Positions 55,302 to 64,000 of a DNA stretch of 64,000 bases are shown here, piece after piece; position 1 is the stretch's first letter, and the number at the start of each line of letters is the position of its first letter. This DNA comes from an uncultured Alistipes sp. (GTDB lineage Bacteria > Bacillota > Clostridia > Oscillospirales > Ruminococcaceae), in contig CAYNYB010000017.1 of the NCBI GenBank assembly GCA_964401315.1, positions 7,596 through 71,595 on the forward strand, given 5' to 3'. The notes under the pieces are model-generated. The model saw nothing but the letters and a program-made list of their open reading frames with translations, was not told the DNA's origin and made no database searches. The translations under genes and the position numbers were made by a program.

Positions 55302-57014
55302 ATGAAAGAAAAAGAACTTTACAGCCTGTGGTGCGAAAATGCAAATGCAGATCCTGATCTTCAGACTGAGCTTGCAAGCATTAAAAATGACGACGAGGCT
55401 ATAAGCGATAGATTTTACAGAGACCTTGAATTCGGTACGGGCGGTCTCAGAGGCGTTATCGGCGCAGGTACGAACCGCATGAACGTTTATACCGTAAAGC
55501 GCGCTACACAGGGTTTTGCAGACTATCTTAATCAGGAATACACAGATCCTGCCGTTGCAGTCTCATACGACAGCAGAATCAAGAGCGACGTTTTCTCAAA
55601 GGCTGCCGCAGAAGTTCTCGCTGCAAACGGTATCAAGGTTTATATCTATCCCGAACTTATGCCAACTCCCTGTCTTTCATTTGCCGTAAGACAACTTAAA
55701 TGTCAGGGCGGTATCATGGTTACGGCAAGCCACAATCCCGCTAAATACAACGGTTACAAGGTTTACGGTGATGACGGTTGTCAGATCACTCTCCGCGGAG
55801 CAGAAATAATTCTTGATAAAATAAATTCTCTCGATATTTTCAACGATGTAAAATCAGCGAATTTCGATGAGGAACTCGAAAAAGGAAATATCAGCTATAT
55901 AGGAAACGACGTTGTCGAAGCTTTCTACAAAAAAGTTCTTGCCGAGGGTATCAATACCGATCTCTGCGCTTCAAGCGGTCTTAAAGTCGTGTATACTCCC
56001 CTTAACGGCACAGGCAACAAGCCCGTCCGCGAAATTCTCAAGCGTATCGGAATCACCGATGTCACTATAGTTAAAGAGCAGGAAAATCCCGACGGCAATT
56101 TCACAACCTGCCCTTATCCGAATCCCGAGATCCGCGAGGCTCTTGAAGTCGGTCTGAAATACTGCAATGAAGTTAAGCCCGATCTTCTTCTTGCTACCGA
56201 TCCCGACTGTGACCGTGTGGGAATTGCAGTTCCCGACGGCGACGGCTACGCTCTTTTCAGCGGAAATGAAGTCGGTGCGATGCTGCTCGAATATATCGCA
56301 GATCAGCGCATAAAGAAAGGCACAATGCCTAAAAATCCTATCGCTGTAAAAACGATAGTTACAACTGATATCGTTAATTCTATCGGCAAGGAGTACGGCG
56401 TTGAGATCATCGACGTTCTTACCGGTTTCAAGTTCATCGGCGAGCAGATCGGACTTCTTGAAGAAAAGGGTGAAGAAAGCCGCTATATCTTCGGATTTGA
56501 GGAAAGCTACGGTTATCTTTCTGGCAGCTATGTTCGCGACAAGGACGCCGTAGATGCTTCAATGCTCATCTGCGAAATGGCTGCATATTACCGTACACAG
56601 GGAATTTCTCTCATTCAGGCGCGCGAAAATATGTACAACAAGTACGGTATGTTCTACCAGACTTTGTACAGCTTTACATTCGAGGGAGAAAGCGGCATGA
56701 AGAAAATGGATTCTATCATGACTTCTCTCCGTGAAAATCCTCCTGCTGAAATCGCAGGAATCAAGGTCGTTAAGTTTGACGATTATAAAGCAAGCACTTC
56801 TAAAAATACCGCTACAGGCGAAATCACAGAGATCACTCTTCCAAAGTCAAACGTTCTGGCATTCTTCCTTGAAGGCGGCTCAAAAGTAATTGTTCGTCCT
56901 TCAGGTACTGAACCTAAGATAAAGACATATCTCACAGCCAAGCAGCCTACGAGAGCCGAAGCCGAGATACTTGAACAGAAGCTTCATGAGGATTTTGCGA
57001 AGAACTTTGAATAA
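55302..57014 (+). CDS. pgm: Phosphoglucomutase/phosphomannomutase
   Basis: FGTGGLRG, TASHNP, ATDPDCDR, FEESYG and RPSGTEPKIK. Confidence 0.93.
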   Translation: MKEKELYSLWCENANADPDLQTELASIKNDDEAISDRFYRDLEFGTGGLRGVIGAGTNRMNVYTVKRATQGFADYLNQEYTDPAVAVSYDSRIKSDVFSKAAAEVLAANGIKVYIYPELMPTPCLSFAVRQLKCQGGIMVTASHNPAKYNGYKVYGDDGCQITLRGAEIILDKINSLDIFNDVKSANFDEELEKGNISYIGNDVVEAFYKKVLAEGINTDLCASSGLKVVYTPLNGTGNKPVREILKRIGITDVTIVKEQENPDGNFTTCPYPNPEIREALEVGLKYCNEVKPDLLLATDPDCDRVGIAVPDGDGYALFSGNEVGAMLLEYIADQRIKKGTMPKNPIAVKTIVTTDIVNSIGKEYGVEIIDVLTGFKFIGEQIGLLEEKGEESRYIFGFEESYGYLSGSYVRDKDAVDASMLICEMAAYYRTQGISLIQARENMYNKYGMFYQTLYSFTFEGESGMKKMDSIMTSLRENPPAEIAGIKVVKFDDYKASTSKNTATGEITEITLPKSNVLAFFLEGGSKVIVRPSGTEPKIKTYLTAKQPTRAEAEILEQKLHEDFAKNFE

Positions 57015-57051
57015 GAATCAAAGTTAAAATAAAAAAATATATCAAAACCAC

Positions 57052-57080
57052 TTGACAAACAAAAGGTTCTATGATATAAT
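57052..57080 (+). promoter_or_regulatory. Consensus SigA promoter of rpmE
   Basis: TTGACA-N17-TATAAT. Confidence 0.8.
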
Positions 57081-57168
57081 TTATAAATGTAATGTATAAC
57101 GGCACTACTGTCTAAGGTAACTGATGGGCTGCACGATTTACAAAAATTAACCGAAAGAGGTGACAATC

Positions 57169-57372
57169 GTGAAAGAGGGAATCCATCCTAATTTTGTAAA
57201 GACTACCATTACCTGCCACTGCGGTAACGTAATCGAAACTATGTCTACAAAAGAGAATATCAAGGTTGAAATCTGCTCAAAGTGCCATCCGTTCTATACC
57301 GGAAAGCAGAAGCTTGTTGACACAGGCGGACGCGTTGACAGATTCAAGAAGCGTTTCAACATGGATAAGTAA
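57169..57372 (+). CDS. rpmE: 50S ribosomal protein L31 (Zn-binding C+ type)
   Basis: MKEGIHP...CHCG...[10 protein letters not shown]...GGRVDRF; GTG start with SD GAGGTG. Confidence 0.96.
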   Translation: MKEGIHPNFVKTTITCHCGNVIETMSTKENIKVEICSKCHPFYTGKQKLVDTGGRVDRFKKRFNMDK

Positions 57373-57381
57373 TTACTCAAT

Positions 57382-57408
57382 AAGCCGCTCAGCATCGAGC
57401 GGCTTTTT
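57382..57408 (+). terminator. Terminator after rpmE
   Basis: AAGCCGCTC-agcatc-GAGCGGCTTTTT. Confidence 0.8.
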
Positions 57409-57431
57409 GCTGTCAGAGCGAAAGGATTTTT

Positions 57432-58064
57432 ATGAATTATTTCACAATATATGAACCTGCCGAAGCTTCATTTATCGAAAAAAAATCCGAGTTTATCGGC
57501 TATATCGCACCTGTAAAAACCAACGACGAAGCTGTTGAATTCATCGGCAAAATCAAAGCCATGCACCGCAAGGCGCGCCATAACGTTTACGCATATATTC
57601 TGCGGCATGACAATATTTCCCGATATTCCGATGACGGAGAGCCGCAGGGTACGGCGGGAACTCCGGTTCTTGAGGTGCTGCAAAAACGTGGTCTTACCGA
57701 TGTATGCATCGTCGTTACGCGTTATTTCGGCGGAATTCTCCTTGGCGGCGGCGGTCTTATCCGAGCTTATTCCCATGCAGCTTCTATTGCCTGCGACGCC
57801 GCGAAGATAATGGATATGCGGCTTTGTCATCGTATGAAGATAAACGCTGATTACGGTCTGTACGGAAAAATCAGCTATATTCTGCCAAACTTCGATGTTA
57901 TCACCGTCAATTCCGATTTTGGAAGCAGCGTAACTCTGGAAATTCTCGTTCAGAATGAAATGCTCCCCTCTCTCATTAAGGAATTGACCGAGATAACAAA
58001 CGGCGCTGCCGAAATTACCGATCAAGGCGAACTTTTTGAAGATTTCTCCTCGGTTATAAAATAA
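57432..58064 (+). CDS. YigZ/IMPACT-family protein
   Basis: EKKSEFIG, ARHNVYAY, SDDGEPQGTAG and VTRYFGGILLG.GGLIRAY. Confidence 0.93.
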   Translation: MNYFTIYEPAEASFIEKKSEFIGYIAPVKTNDEAVEFIGKIKAMHRKARHNVYAYILRHDNISRYSDDGEPQGTAGTPVLEVLQKRGLTDVCIVVTRYFGGILLGGGGLIRAYSHAASIACDAAKIMDMRLCHRMKINADYGLYGKISYILPNFDVITVNSDFGSSVTLEILVQNEMLPSLIKELTEITNGAAEITDQGELFEDFSSVIK

Positions 58065-58150
58065 TTGAAAAAAATTAAAGGGTTTTTGTCTTTTTGTGAG
58101 TATAAGTATAATGAAGGGTTATTTTTTACATGAGTAAAGGGAGGCATTTC

Positions 58151-59146
58151 ATGACGGTACGCGAACAGAACGAGAATACGGAAGCTATCATGCTCAGCCG
58201 ATACGCTTGTACAAGCCAGAACGATGAAATGACGCGGAGAGAAAAATATGAGGAAAAATGTCCGTACAGAACTGATTTTCAGCGCGACAGGGACAGAATC
58301 CTTCACTGCAATTCTTTCCGCAGGCTTAAACGTAAGACTCAGGTTTTCCTCTCTCCCGTCGGTGATCATTATCGAACCAGACTTACTCATACACTCGAAG
58401 TTTCGCAGATCGCGCGGACTATTTCCCGCTGTATGCGCTTGAACGAGGATCTTACGGAAGCGATCGCACTCGGACATGATCTTGGGCATTCCCCTTTCGG
58501 TCACTGCGGCGAAGCCGTTCTTAACGAGATCTGCCCTCACGGATTCAAGCATTATATGCAGAGCGTCCGTGTTGTGGAATTCCTCGAAAAAAACGGTCAA
58601 GGTCTGAATCTCACGAAGGCTGTCAGGGACGGCATCGAATGCCATACAAACATGACTGCCGCCACACGTGAAGGCTGCGTTGTGCGCCTTGCCGATACTA
58701 TCGCATACATAAACCACGATATTGAAGATTCCGTCCGTGCAGGTGTGCTTAATTCAGCCGAACTGCCTGCTGACTGCGTCCGCGTTCTCGGAAACACAAA
58801 GACGGAAAGAATTACCGCTCTTGTTGCCTCTGTGGTGGAACACGGTGTGTATTCCATAGATTTTGAACCGCATATCAGAAAAGCTCATGACGATCTCAAA
58901 AATTTTATGTTTAAAAGAGTTTACACTAATCCTGCCGCAAAGCAGGAGGAGTACAAGGCGGAGCTACTCATTAAAAAGCTTTATTCCCATTTTAAGGAAA
59001 ACACGGAACAGATGCCTGATTTTTACCGCGATATAGCCGAAAAATACGATGTTGACCGCGCTGTATGCGACTATATCTCAGGCATGAGCGATGAATATGC
59101 CGTAGATCTTTACACTGAGCTTTTCGTACCGAAATTTTGGAAGTGA
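58151..59146 (+). CDS. Deoxyguanosinetriphosphate triphosphohydrolase-like HD protein
   Basis: FQRDRDRILH, KRKTQVF, RTRLTHTLEV, LGHDLGH.PFGH and DYISGMSD. Confidence 0.92.
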   Translation: MTVREQNENTEAIMLSRYACTSQNDEMTRREKYEEKCPYRTDFQRDRDRILHCNSFRRLKRKTQVFLSPVGDHYRTRLTHTLEVSQIARTISRCMRLNEDLTEAIALGHDLGHSPFGHCGEAVLNEICPHGFKHYMQSVRVVEFLEKNGQGLNLTKAVRDGIECHTNMTAATREGCVVRLADTIAYINHDIEDSVRAGVLNSAELPADCVRVLGNTKTERITALVASVVEHGVYSIDFEPHIRKAHDDLKNFMFKRVYTNPAAKQEEYKAELLIKKLYSHFKENTEQMPDFYRDIAEKYDVDRAVCDYISGMSDEYAVDLYTELFVPKFWK

Positions 59147-59153
59147 GGCTGCC

Positions 59154-60896
59154 ATGGCACAAAACGACGAATTTATTTTTGCGCTGCGTAATGCAAATCC
59201 AATTGAAACTGTGATAAGTTCCTATATCCAGCTGAAAAGGCGCGGCAGGAATTACGTCTGCAACTGTCCCTTTCATTCGGAAAAAACGCCTTCTTTCACA
59301 GTTTTCCCCGATTCGCAGAATTTTTACTGCTTCGGTTGCGGTGCGGGCGGAGATGTGATAACTTTTATTATGAAATCGGAAAATCTCGATTTCATGGAAG
59401 CTGTCAAGCTACTCGCCCAACGCTGCGGAATGGAAGTTCCCGAACGTAACAATCACGACAGTCAATTGGCAAAACGCCGTACCCGAATTTACGAAATGAA
59501 CCGAATCGCAGCTAATTATTTTCATCATAATCTTGTCAAGGGCAGCGATAAGGCAGGTTTGCAATATCTCTTCAACCGCCGACTTGCTCCCGAAACCGTT
59601 AAAAAATTCGGTCTTGGATATTCCTCGAATTCGTGGAACGAACTTACAGCTCTTCTGATCTCCAAAGGTTACTCCGAAGATGAAATAATTGACGCATGGC
59701 TGGGCGGAAGATCGCAGAAAAGCGGAAAAATTTATGATATGTTCAGCGGCAGAGTAATGTTCCCCATAGTCGATCTGCGCGGAAATATTATAGGCTTCGG
59801 CGGCAGAGTTCTGGACGATTCCAAGCCCAAATACCTGAATACGGGAAAAACTCCCGTCTTTGACAAGGGCAGCAATCTTTTTTCTATGAATTACGCCAAG
59901 AATTCCAACAGTAAGCGGCTTATCCTCTGCGAGGGATATATGGACGTTATCGCCGTAAATCAAGCAGGGCTGGAGAATGCAGTTGCAACTCTCGGTACTG
60001 CCATAACTCCGAATCAAGCTCGGCTGATGAGCCATTACGCTGAGGAAGTTATAATCGCCTACGACAGCGACAGCGCGGGGCAGACTGCTGCAAAACGAGC
60101 TATATCGCATTTTTCCGACGTTGGCATAAAAACTCGTATACTGCGTATGGAAGACGCAAAGGATCCCGACGAATACATAAAAAAATTCGGTGTTCAACGT
60201 TTCCGCAGGCTGATAGAGGGATCGGACGACGCCAATAATTTCATGCTCGACCGATGCGAAGACGGAATTGACATAAATACCGAAGCAGGAAAAGTTGAAC
60301 TGCTGAAAAAAACTGCGGCTTTTCTCTCGGAAATGCAGTCGCCGTTGGAACGGGAAGTATATATTTCACGGACTGCCAAAAAGTATGATTTCCCCGTGGA
60401 GGTCTTGAAAAGCCACATCGACGACATCATCAGAAAAAAAGAATACGCCGACCGAAAAAATCAATGGCGGAACATAAAATCTCAGGCTTCCGTTCCGCAC
60501 GATAATATAAATCCTCAGGCGGCTCATAATAAAAAGGAAGCTAAAGCGGAGGAAACTATAATTTGCTATCTGCTGAAAAATCCCGAAAAATCAAAAGAGA
60601 TCGGAAATGAAGCACCGGTTGAGATATTTATTACCGATTTTAACAAAAAGGTTTATCAGGCGTTATTGAAAATTGCGGCAGAATGCGAATTCTTTTCCCT
60701 CTCGCTGCTCAACAATGAATTTTCTACCGAAGAAATGGGAAAAATAAACGGAATGGAAGTGAAATACCGCGAAATTCCCATTGATCATAAAGCGTTTACG
60801 GACTGCACGGAAGTTTTAAAAAAATATAGGGTGATTGATCCCGATAATATTACCGACGATTATTTGCAGGATCTGTTGAAAAATAAGAAACATTAA
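59154..60896 (+). CDS. dnaG: DNA primase
   Basis: CPFH.EKTPSF...CFGC Zn ribbon; FGGR, KYLN, EGYMDV and TOPRIM YDSD. Confidence 0.96.
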   Translation: MAQNDEFIFALRNANPIETVISSYIQLKRRGRNYVCNCPFHSEKTPSFTVFPDSQNFYCFGCGAGGDVITFIMKSENLDFMEAVKLLAQRCGMEVPERNNHDSQLAKRRTRIYEMNRIAANYFHHNLVKGSDKAGLQYLFNRRLAPETVKKFGLGYSSNSWNELTALLISKGYSEDEIIDAWLGGRSQKSGKIYDMFSGRVMFPIVDLRGNIIGFGGRVLDDSKPKYLNTGKTPVFDKGSNLFSMNYAKNSNSKRLILCEGYMDVIAVNQAGLENAVATLGTAITPNQARLMSHYAEEVIIAYDSDSAGQTAAKRAISHFSDVGIKTRILRMEDAKDPDEYIKKFGVQRFRRLIEGSDDANNFMLDRCEDGIDINTEAGKVELLKKTAAFLSEMQSPLEREVYISRTAKKYDFPVEVLKSHIDDIIRKKEYADRKNQWRNIKSQASVPHDNINPQAAHNKKEAKAEETIICYLLKNPEKSKEIGNEAPVEIFITDFNKKVYQALLKIAAECEFFSLSLLNNEFSTEEMGKINGMEVKYREIPIDHKAFTDCTEVLKKYRVIDPDNITDDYLQDLLKNKKH

Positions 60897-60911
60897 ACAG
60901 GAGGTCTTTCT

Positions 60912-61994
60912 ATGGATTCAAAGAAAAATACTATCGATACACTCATCGAACAGGGACAGGCTCACGGAAAACTCACTACAAAAGAAATCACCGACGCATT
61001 GGAGGAACTTGATTTTGACGTCGATCAGATCAACAGTTTTTACGACAGATGCGAAGCTCTGAATATCGAGATCGTAGAAGATATGAACGTTGACGCCGAT
61101 CTCAAAATCGGTCTTGATTCAACTATGACCGACGACCTTGAAATGGCTCTCTCTACCGAAGGAATCGCAATCGACGACCCTGTTAAGATTTATCTTAAAG
61201 AGATCGGACGAGTTCCCCTGCTTACCACGGAAGAGGAGATCGAACTTGCTCAGCGCATGATTAACGGCGACAGATACGCTAAAAAACGCCTTGCAGAAGC
61301 TAATCTCCGACTTGTTGTAAGTATCGCGAAAAAATACGTCGGCAGAGGTATGCAGTTCCTTGATCTCATTCAGGAGGGCAACCTCGGTCTTATCAAGGCT
61401 GTCGAAAAGTTCGACTATACCAAGGGATTTAAATTCTCCACATACGCGACATGGTGGATTCGTCAGGCTATCACAAGAGCTATCGCCGATCAGGCAAGGA
61501 CTATAAGAATCCCTGTTCATATGGTTGAAACTATCACCAAGGTCAAGAAGATCTCCAGTCAGCTTCTCCATGAAAACGGTCATGATCCAAGTCCCGAGGA
61601 GATCGCCGAAAAACTCAATATGCCTATCGACAAGGTAAGAGACATTATGCGCGTCGCTCAGGATCCCGTATCGCTGGAAACTCCTATAGGCGAAGAAGAG
61701 GACAGTCACCTTGGAGATTTCATTCCTGATGACGACGCTCCGGCTCCTGCCGAGGCAGCTTCTCATACTCTTCTGAAAGAACAGCTTAACGAAGTTCTTT
61801 CCACTCTTACCGACCGTGAAGCAAAGGTTCTGAAGCTCCGCTTCGGTCTTATTGACGGCAAGGCAAGAACTCTCGAAGAAGTTGGTCAGAAATTCGACGT
61901 TACACGCGAGCGTATACGCCAGATAGAAGCCAAGGCTCTCAGAAAACTTCGTCACCCCAGCCGCAGCAAAAAGGTCAAGGATTTTCTGGATTGA
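60912..61994 (+). CDS. rpoD: Primary sigma factor SigA/RpoD
   Basis: [40 protein letters not shown] and TRERIRQIE. Confidence 0.98.
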   Translation: MDSKKNTIDTLIEQGQAHGKLTTKEITDALEELDFDVDQINSFYDRCEALNIEIVEDMNVDADLKIGLDSTMTDDLEMALSTEGIAIDDPVKIYLKEIGRVPLLTTEEEIELAQRMINGDRYAKKRLAEANLRLVVSIAKKYVGRGMQFLDLIQEGNLGLIKAVEKFDYTKGFKFSTYATWWIRQAITRAIADQARTIRIPVHMVETITKVKKISSQLLHENGHDPSPEEIAEKLNMPIDKVRDIMRVAQDPVSLETPIGEEEDSHLGDFIPDDDAPAPAEAASHTLLKEQLNEVLSTLTDREAKVLKLRFGLIDGKARTLEEVGQKFDVTRERIRQIEAKALRKLRHPSRSKKVKDFLD

Positions 61995-62040
61995 TCCGTC
62001 AGCTGCGTACATAAATTTCCAATACGCATATAGAAATAAT

Positions 62041-62071
62041 GCCCGAAAGTAGTTTTCAACTGCTTTCGGGC
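62041..62071. terminator. Hairpin/terminator after rpoD
   Basis: GCCCGAAAGTAG-ttttcaa-CTGCTTTCGGGC. Confidence 0.7.
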
Positions 62072-62098
62072 TTATTATAATTTCGCATAAATCGGAAT

Positions 62099-62315
62099 CT
62101 ATAATGACATATCCGAAATAAGCTTGTTGAATCTTTTAGCAAACATCGGTGGAATATTATGCGCTGCCTTATCCCATATCTCATAACAGCAATTCGGATT
62201 TATTTCAGACATTTTCTTAACGCTGTCCAGAATATCTTTCTGCTCCTTTCCGCCTGCCAATGCAACGACAGGAAAGTGTACATCAGCAAACGCAGGTTGG
62301 CTTTCAAATGTAATT
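62099..62315 (-). pseudogene. 3' fragment of an alpha/beta-hydrolase gene
   Basis: PVVALAGGKEQ...YEIWDKAAHNIP...RFNKLI resembles the C-terminal His region of alpha/beta hydrolases; no start or N-terminal part. Confidence 0.55.
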
Positions 62316-62725
62316 GTGATTTGACAAGCAGAATACAAAAAGGTTGAAAAGGCTTGATTTGACTGGAATTGGATGAATCTGCTTAAAATATGCCTATATT
62401 TCGTGATATTTTAGGCTTGAATCTGAGAGAAAAGTTAAAGTCAATAAAATTAACGTGTCAAAAATAAATGCGCCGATTTGAGGAGCTTTCCGCAAATCGG
62501 CGCATTTTAAATTATTCTCAAAATATTGTTTAATCGGTGTTTAAATAAACCTTATGTCGTTTAAAGATTTTGAAAAATGACTATGTATAGCGATTTAAAC
62601 GCTTAAACAGTAGATGTGATTTTTAAATAACCTTTTCAAAAATCTATAAAAACAATCATAAAAAACAGCTATTGAACCTTTGAACCAAAATTGCCTTGCT
62701 ATTGAACTGGTTCAATAGCAAAATT

Positions 62726-63181
62726 TTATACTTTTTGTATATCTTTTATCTTGACATTTTTGCTAATATTTGAATACATACAAAGCAAGTATATTGGTAT
62801 TATCATGGTGAATACAGAAATAAATATCACCTGCTCCGTTTGCAGAGCTTGAACAGAAAACACGGCTGATAAAATAGGTGTTAATATCAATAAACAAAAA
62901 GATATTAACCGATGCCTTAATGAGCCGTATTGTAATGAGTACAACAACACGAACAAGCTAAATGCTCCTGTACATAAGAAAACAGAATTTGATAAGGATA
63001 TTAAAGGATAACTCTGTTCAGCAAAGAAGTATGGAATTTCTAACAGTGATGCTCTAAAAAATTCAAATATACAGGAAAAACAACTTATCCCATATAAAAG
63101 AACAATTACAAAGTCACAAAGAATCATATTTCCCAAAACATTTATAAAGAAATTCTTTATAGTATTATGGTTGCCATGCAC
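62726..63181 (-). CDS. AT-rich hypothetical ~4-TM membrane protein (mobile-element cargo)
   Basis: Hydrophobic segments; downstream of the repressor in the same orientation; start uncertain. Confidence 0.55.
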   Translation of the reverse strand: MHGNHNTIKNFFINVLGNMILCDFVIVLLYGISCFSCIFEFFRASLLEIPYFFAEQSYPLISLSNSVFLCTGAFSLFVLLYSLQYGSLRHRLISFCLLILTPILSAVFSVQALQTEQVIFISVFTMIIPIYLLCMYSNISKNVKIKDIQKV

Positions 63182-63222
63182 AATATTGTTGATATTTGTA
63201 TTTTTTTTCGTTATTCGTCTTG

Positions 63223-63744
63223 TTAATTCTGTTTTTTTTTAGATGTTTCTAATAATTTCTTAAAAGTTTCTATAGTATTACGAACTTGTGCAGCAAGCAA
63301 TTCACGTTGAGAATCATCATTTAATGAACGTATCATATCATCAAGTTCTTGAACAATTTTATCTGTGTCATAGCTTCTTGATGATTGTTTGCCTATCATA
63401 TTGAAGTTAGTCTGCTTTATATCATTTCCAATAGCAATATTAGCTGTTTCGTTGTATGTATTACCATTGTTGATGTTTTCAAAAGAGTCATCTGTTCCAA
63501 TTGGATTCTGGTCATCAGCGTTAATATTATTTGCTGACAAACTTTTTTCTTCACCCGTGAGCAGATAATCGGTGGAAACTCCAAAAAAATCTGCAAGCAT
63601 GGGTATAGTATCTGCGGCTGGATTAGTTCCTCTTTTATTCCATGCTGAAATAGTCGATGTAGATATACCTGTGTATTCAGATAATTCATTCTGTTTCTTG
63701 CCTTGTTTTCCTAATAGATAAAATACTCTTTGTGAAATTGTCAT
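63223..63744 (-). CDS. XRE/cI-like HTH repressor without S24 autoprotease domain
   Basis: QNELSEYTGISTSTISAWNKRGTNP...LADFFGVSTDYLLTG; SD AAAGGGG. Confidence 0.9.
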   Translation of the reverse strand: MTISQRVFYLLGKQGKKQNELSEYTGISTSTISAWNKRGTNPAADTIPMLADFFGVSTDYLLTGEEKSLSANNINADDQNPIGTDDSFENINNGNTYNETANIAIGNDIKQTNFNMIGKQSSRSYDTDKIVQELDDMIRSLNDDSQRELLAAQVRNTIETFKKLLETSKKKQN

Positions 63745-63780
63745 AATATGCCCCTTTCAAAAATGTGCAATATGCCAAAA

Positions 63781-63833
63781 AATCCACAAGTGTAGATTTG
63801 AGTATTGACAATTCCACATTTGTGGATTATAAT
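63781..63833 (+). promoter_or_regulatory. Phage/ICE-type switch: two operators plus consensus rightward promoter
   Basis: AATCCACA-ag-TGTAGATT (63781-98) and ATTCCACA-tt-TGTGGATT (63811-28); TTGACA(63805)-N17-TATAAT(63828). Confidence 0.8.
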
Positions 63834-63920
63834 ATTAATAGTGAATATTTCAGGGCGCAAAAGCCCTATGATAATTCTACCACAAGAAACTTGAAATGTA
63901 AATAGGAAAGGACTAATTTT

Positions 63921-64000
63921 ATGACATCAGAACAGAAAAAGCAGGTAACAGATGCTCTTGTAGCATTCGTATTAACCGTAACAGACAGTTCATACCCCCT
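63921..64000 (+). CDS. 5' end of a small gene divergent from the repressor (truncated by the window)
   Basis: SD GGAAAGGA; MTSEQKKQVTDALVAFVLTVTDSSYP is open to the window end. Confidence 0.6.
   Translation, partial: MTSEQKKQVTDALVAFVLTVTDSSYP

Overview
Mostly core chromosome of a cellulosome-producing Ruminococcus, most likely related to R. flavefaciens (dockerins of two classes; a PL1-PL9-CBM77-like-dockerin pectate lyase). Contents: acyl-CoA ligase/PaaI pair, two c-di-GMP signalling genes, electron-bifurcating [FeFe]-hydrogenase hydCBA, tRNA-Leu(CAA), a redox cluster (reverse rubrerythrin, stand-alone NrdD-type glycyl-radical domain, Crp/Fnr regulator), uppP, a VanY-type carboxypeptidase, tandem radC-like genes, glgBCDA, spoIIE, flotillin, radA, cls, GH130, argS, cdaR-ftsEX-M23-S41, pgm, rpmE and dGTPase-dnaG-rpoD. 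The last ~2 kb is the AT-rich edge of a phage/ICE-like element with a repressor and operator pair. No CRISPR array, rRNA or transposase was seen. The strongest unexplained signals are: (1) four 157/161-bp palindromic MITE-like elements, each flanked by a TTA/TAA direct repeat, one nested in a second element family and one inserted at the cls stop codon; (2) an 87-aa stand-alone NrdD glycyl-radical domain upstream of a peroxide-defence gene, a possible spare part for anaerobic ribonucleotide reductase; (3) intact ORFs for a Ddl-like and a GalK-like protein that have lost catalytic motifs. All family calls come from motif recognition by eye; no database was searched.
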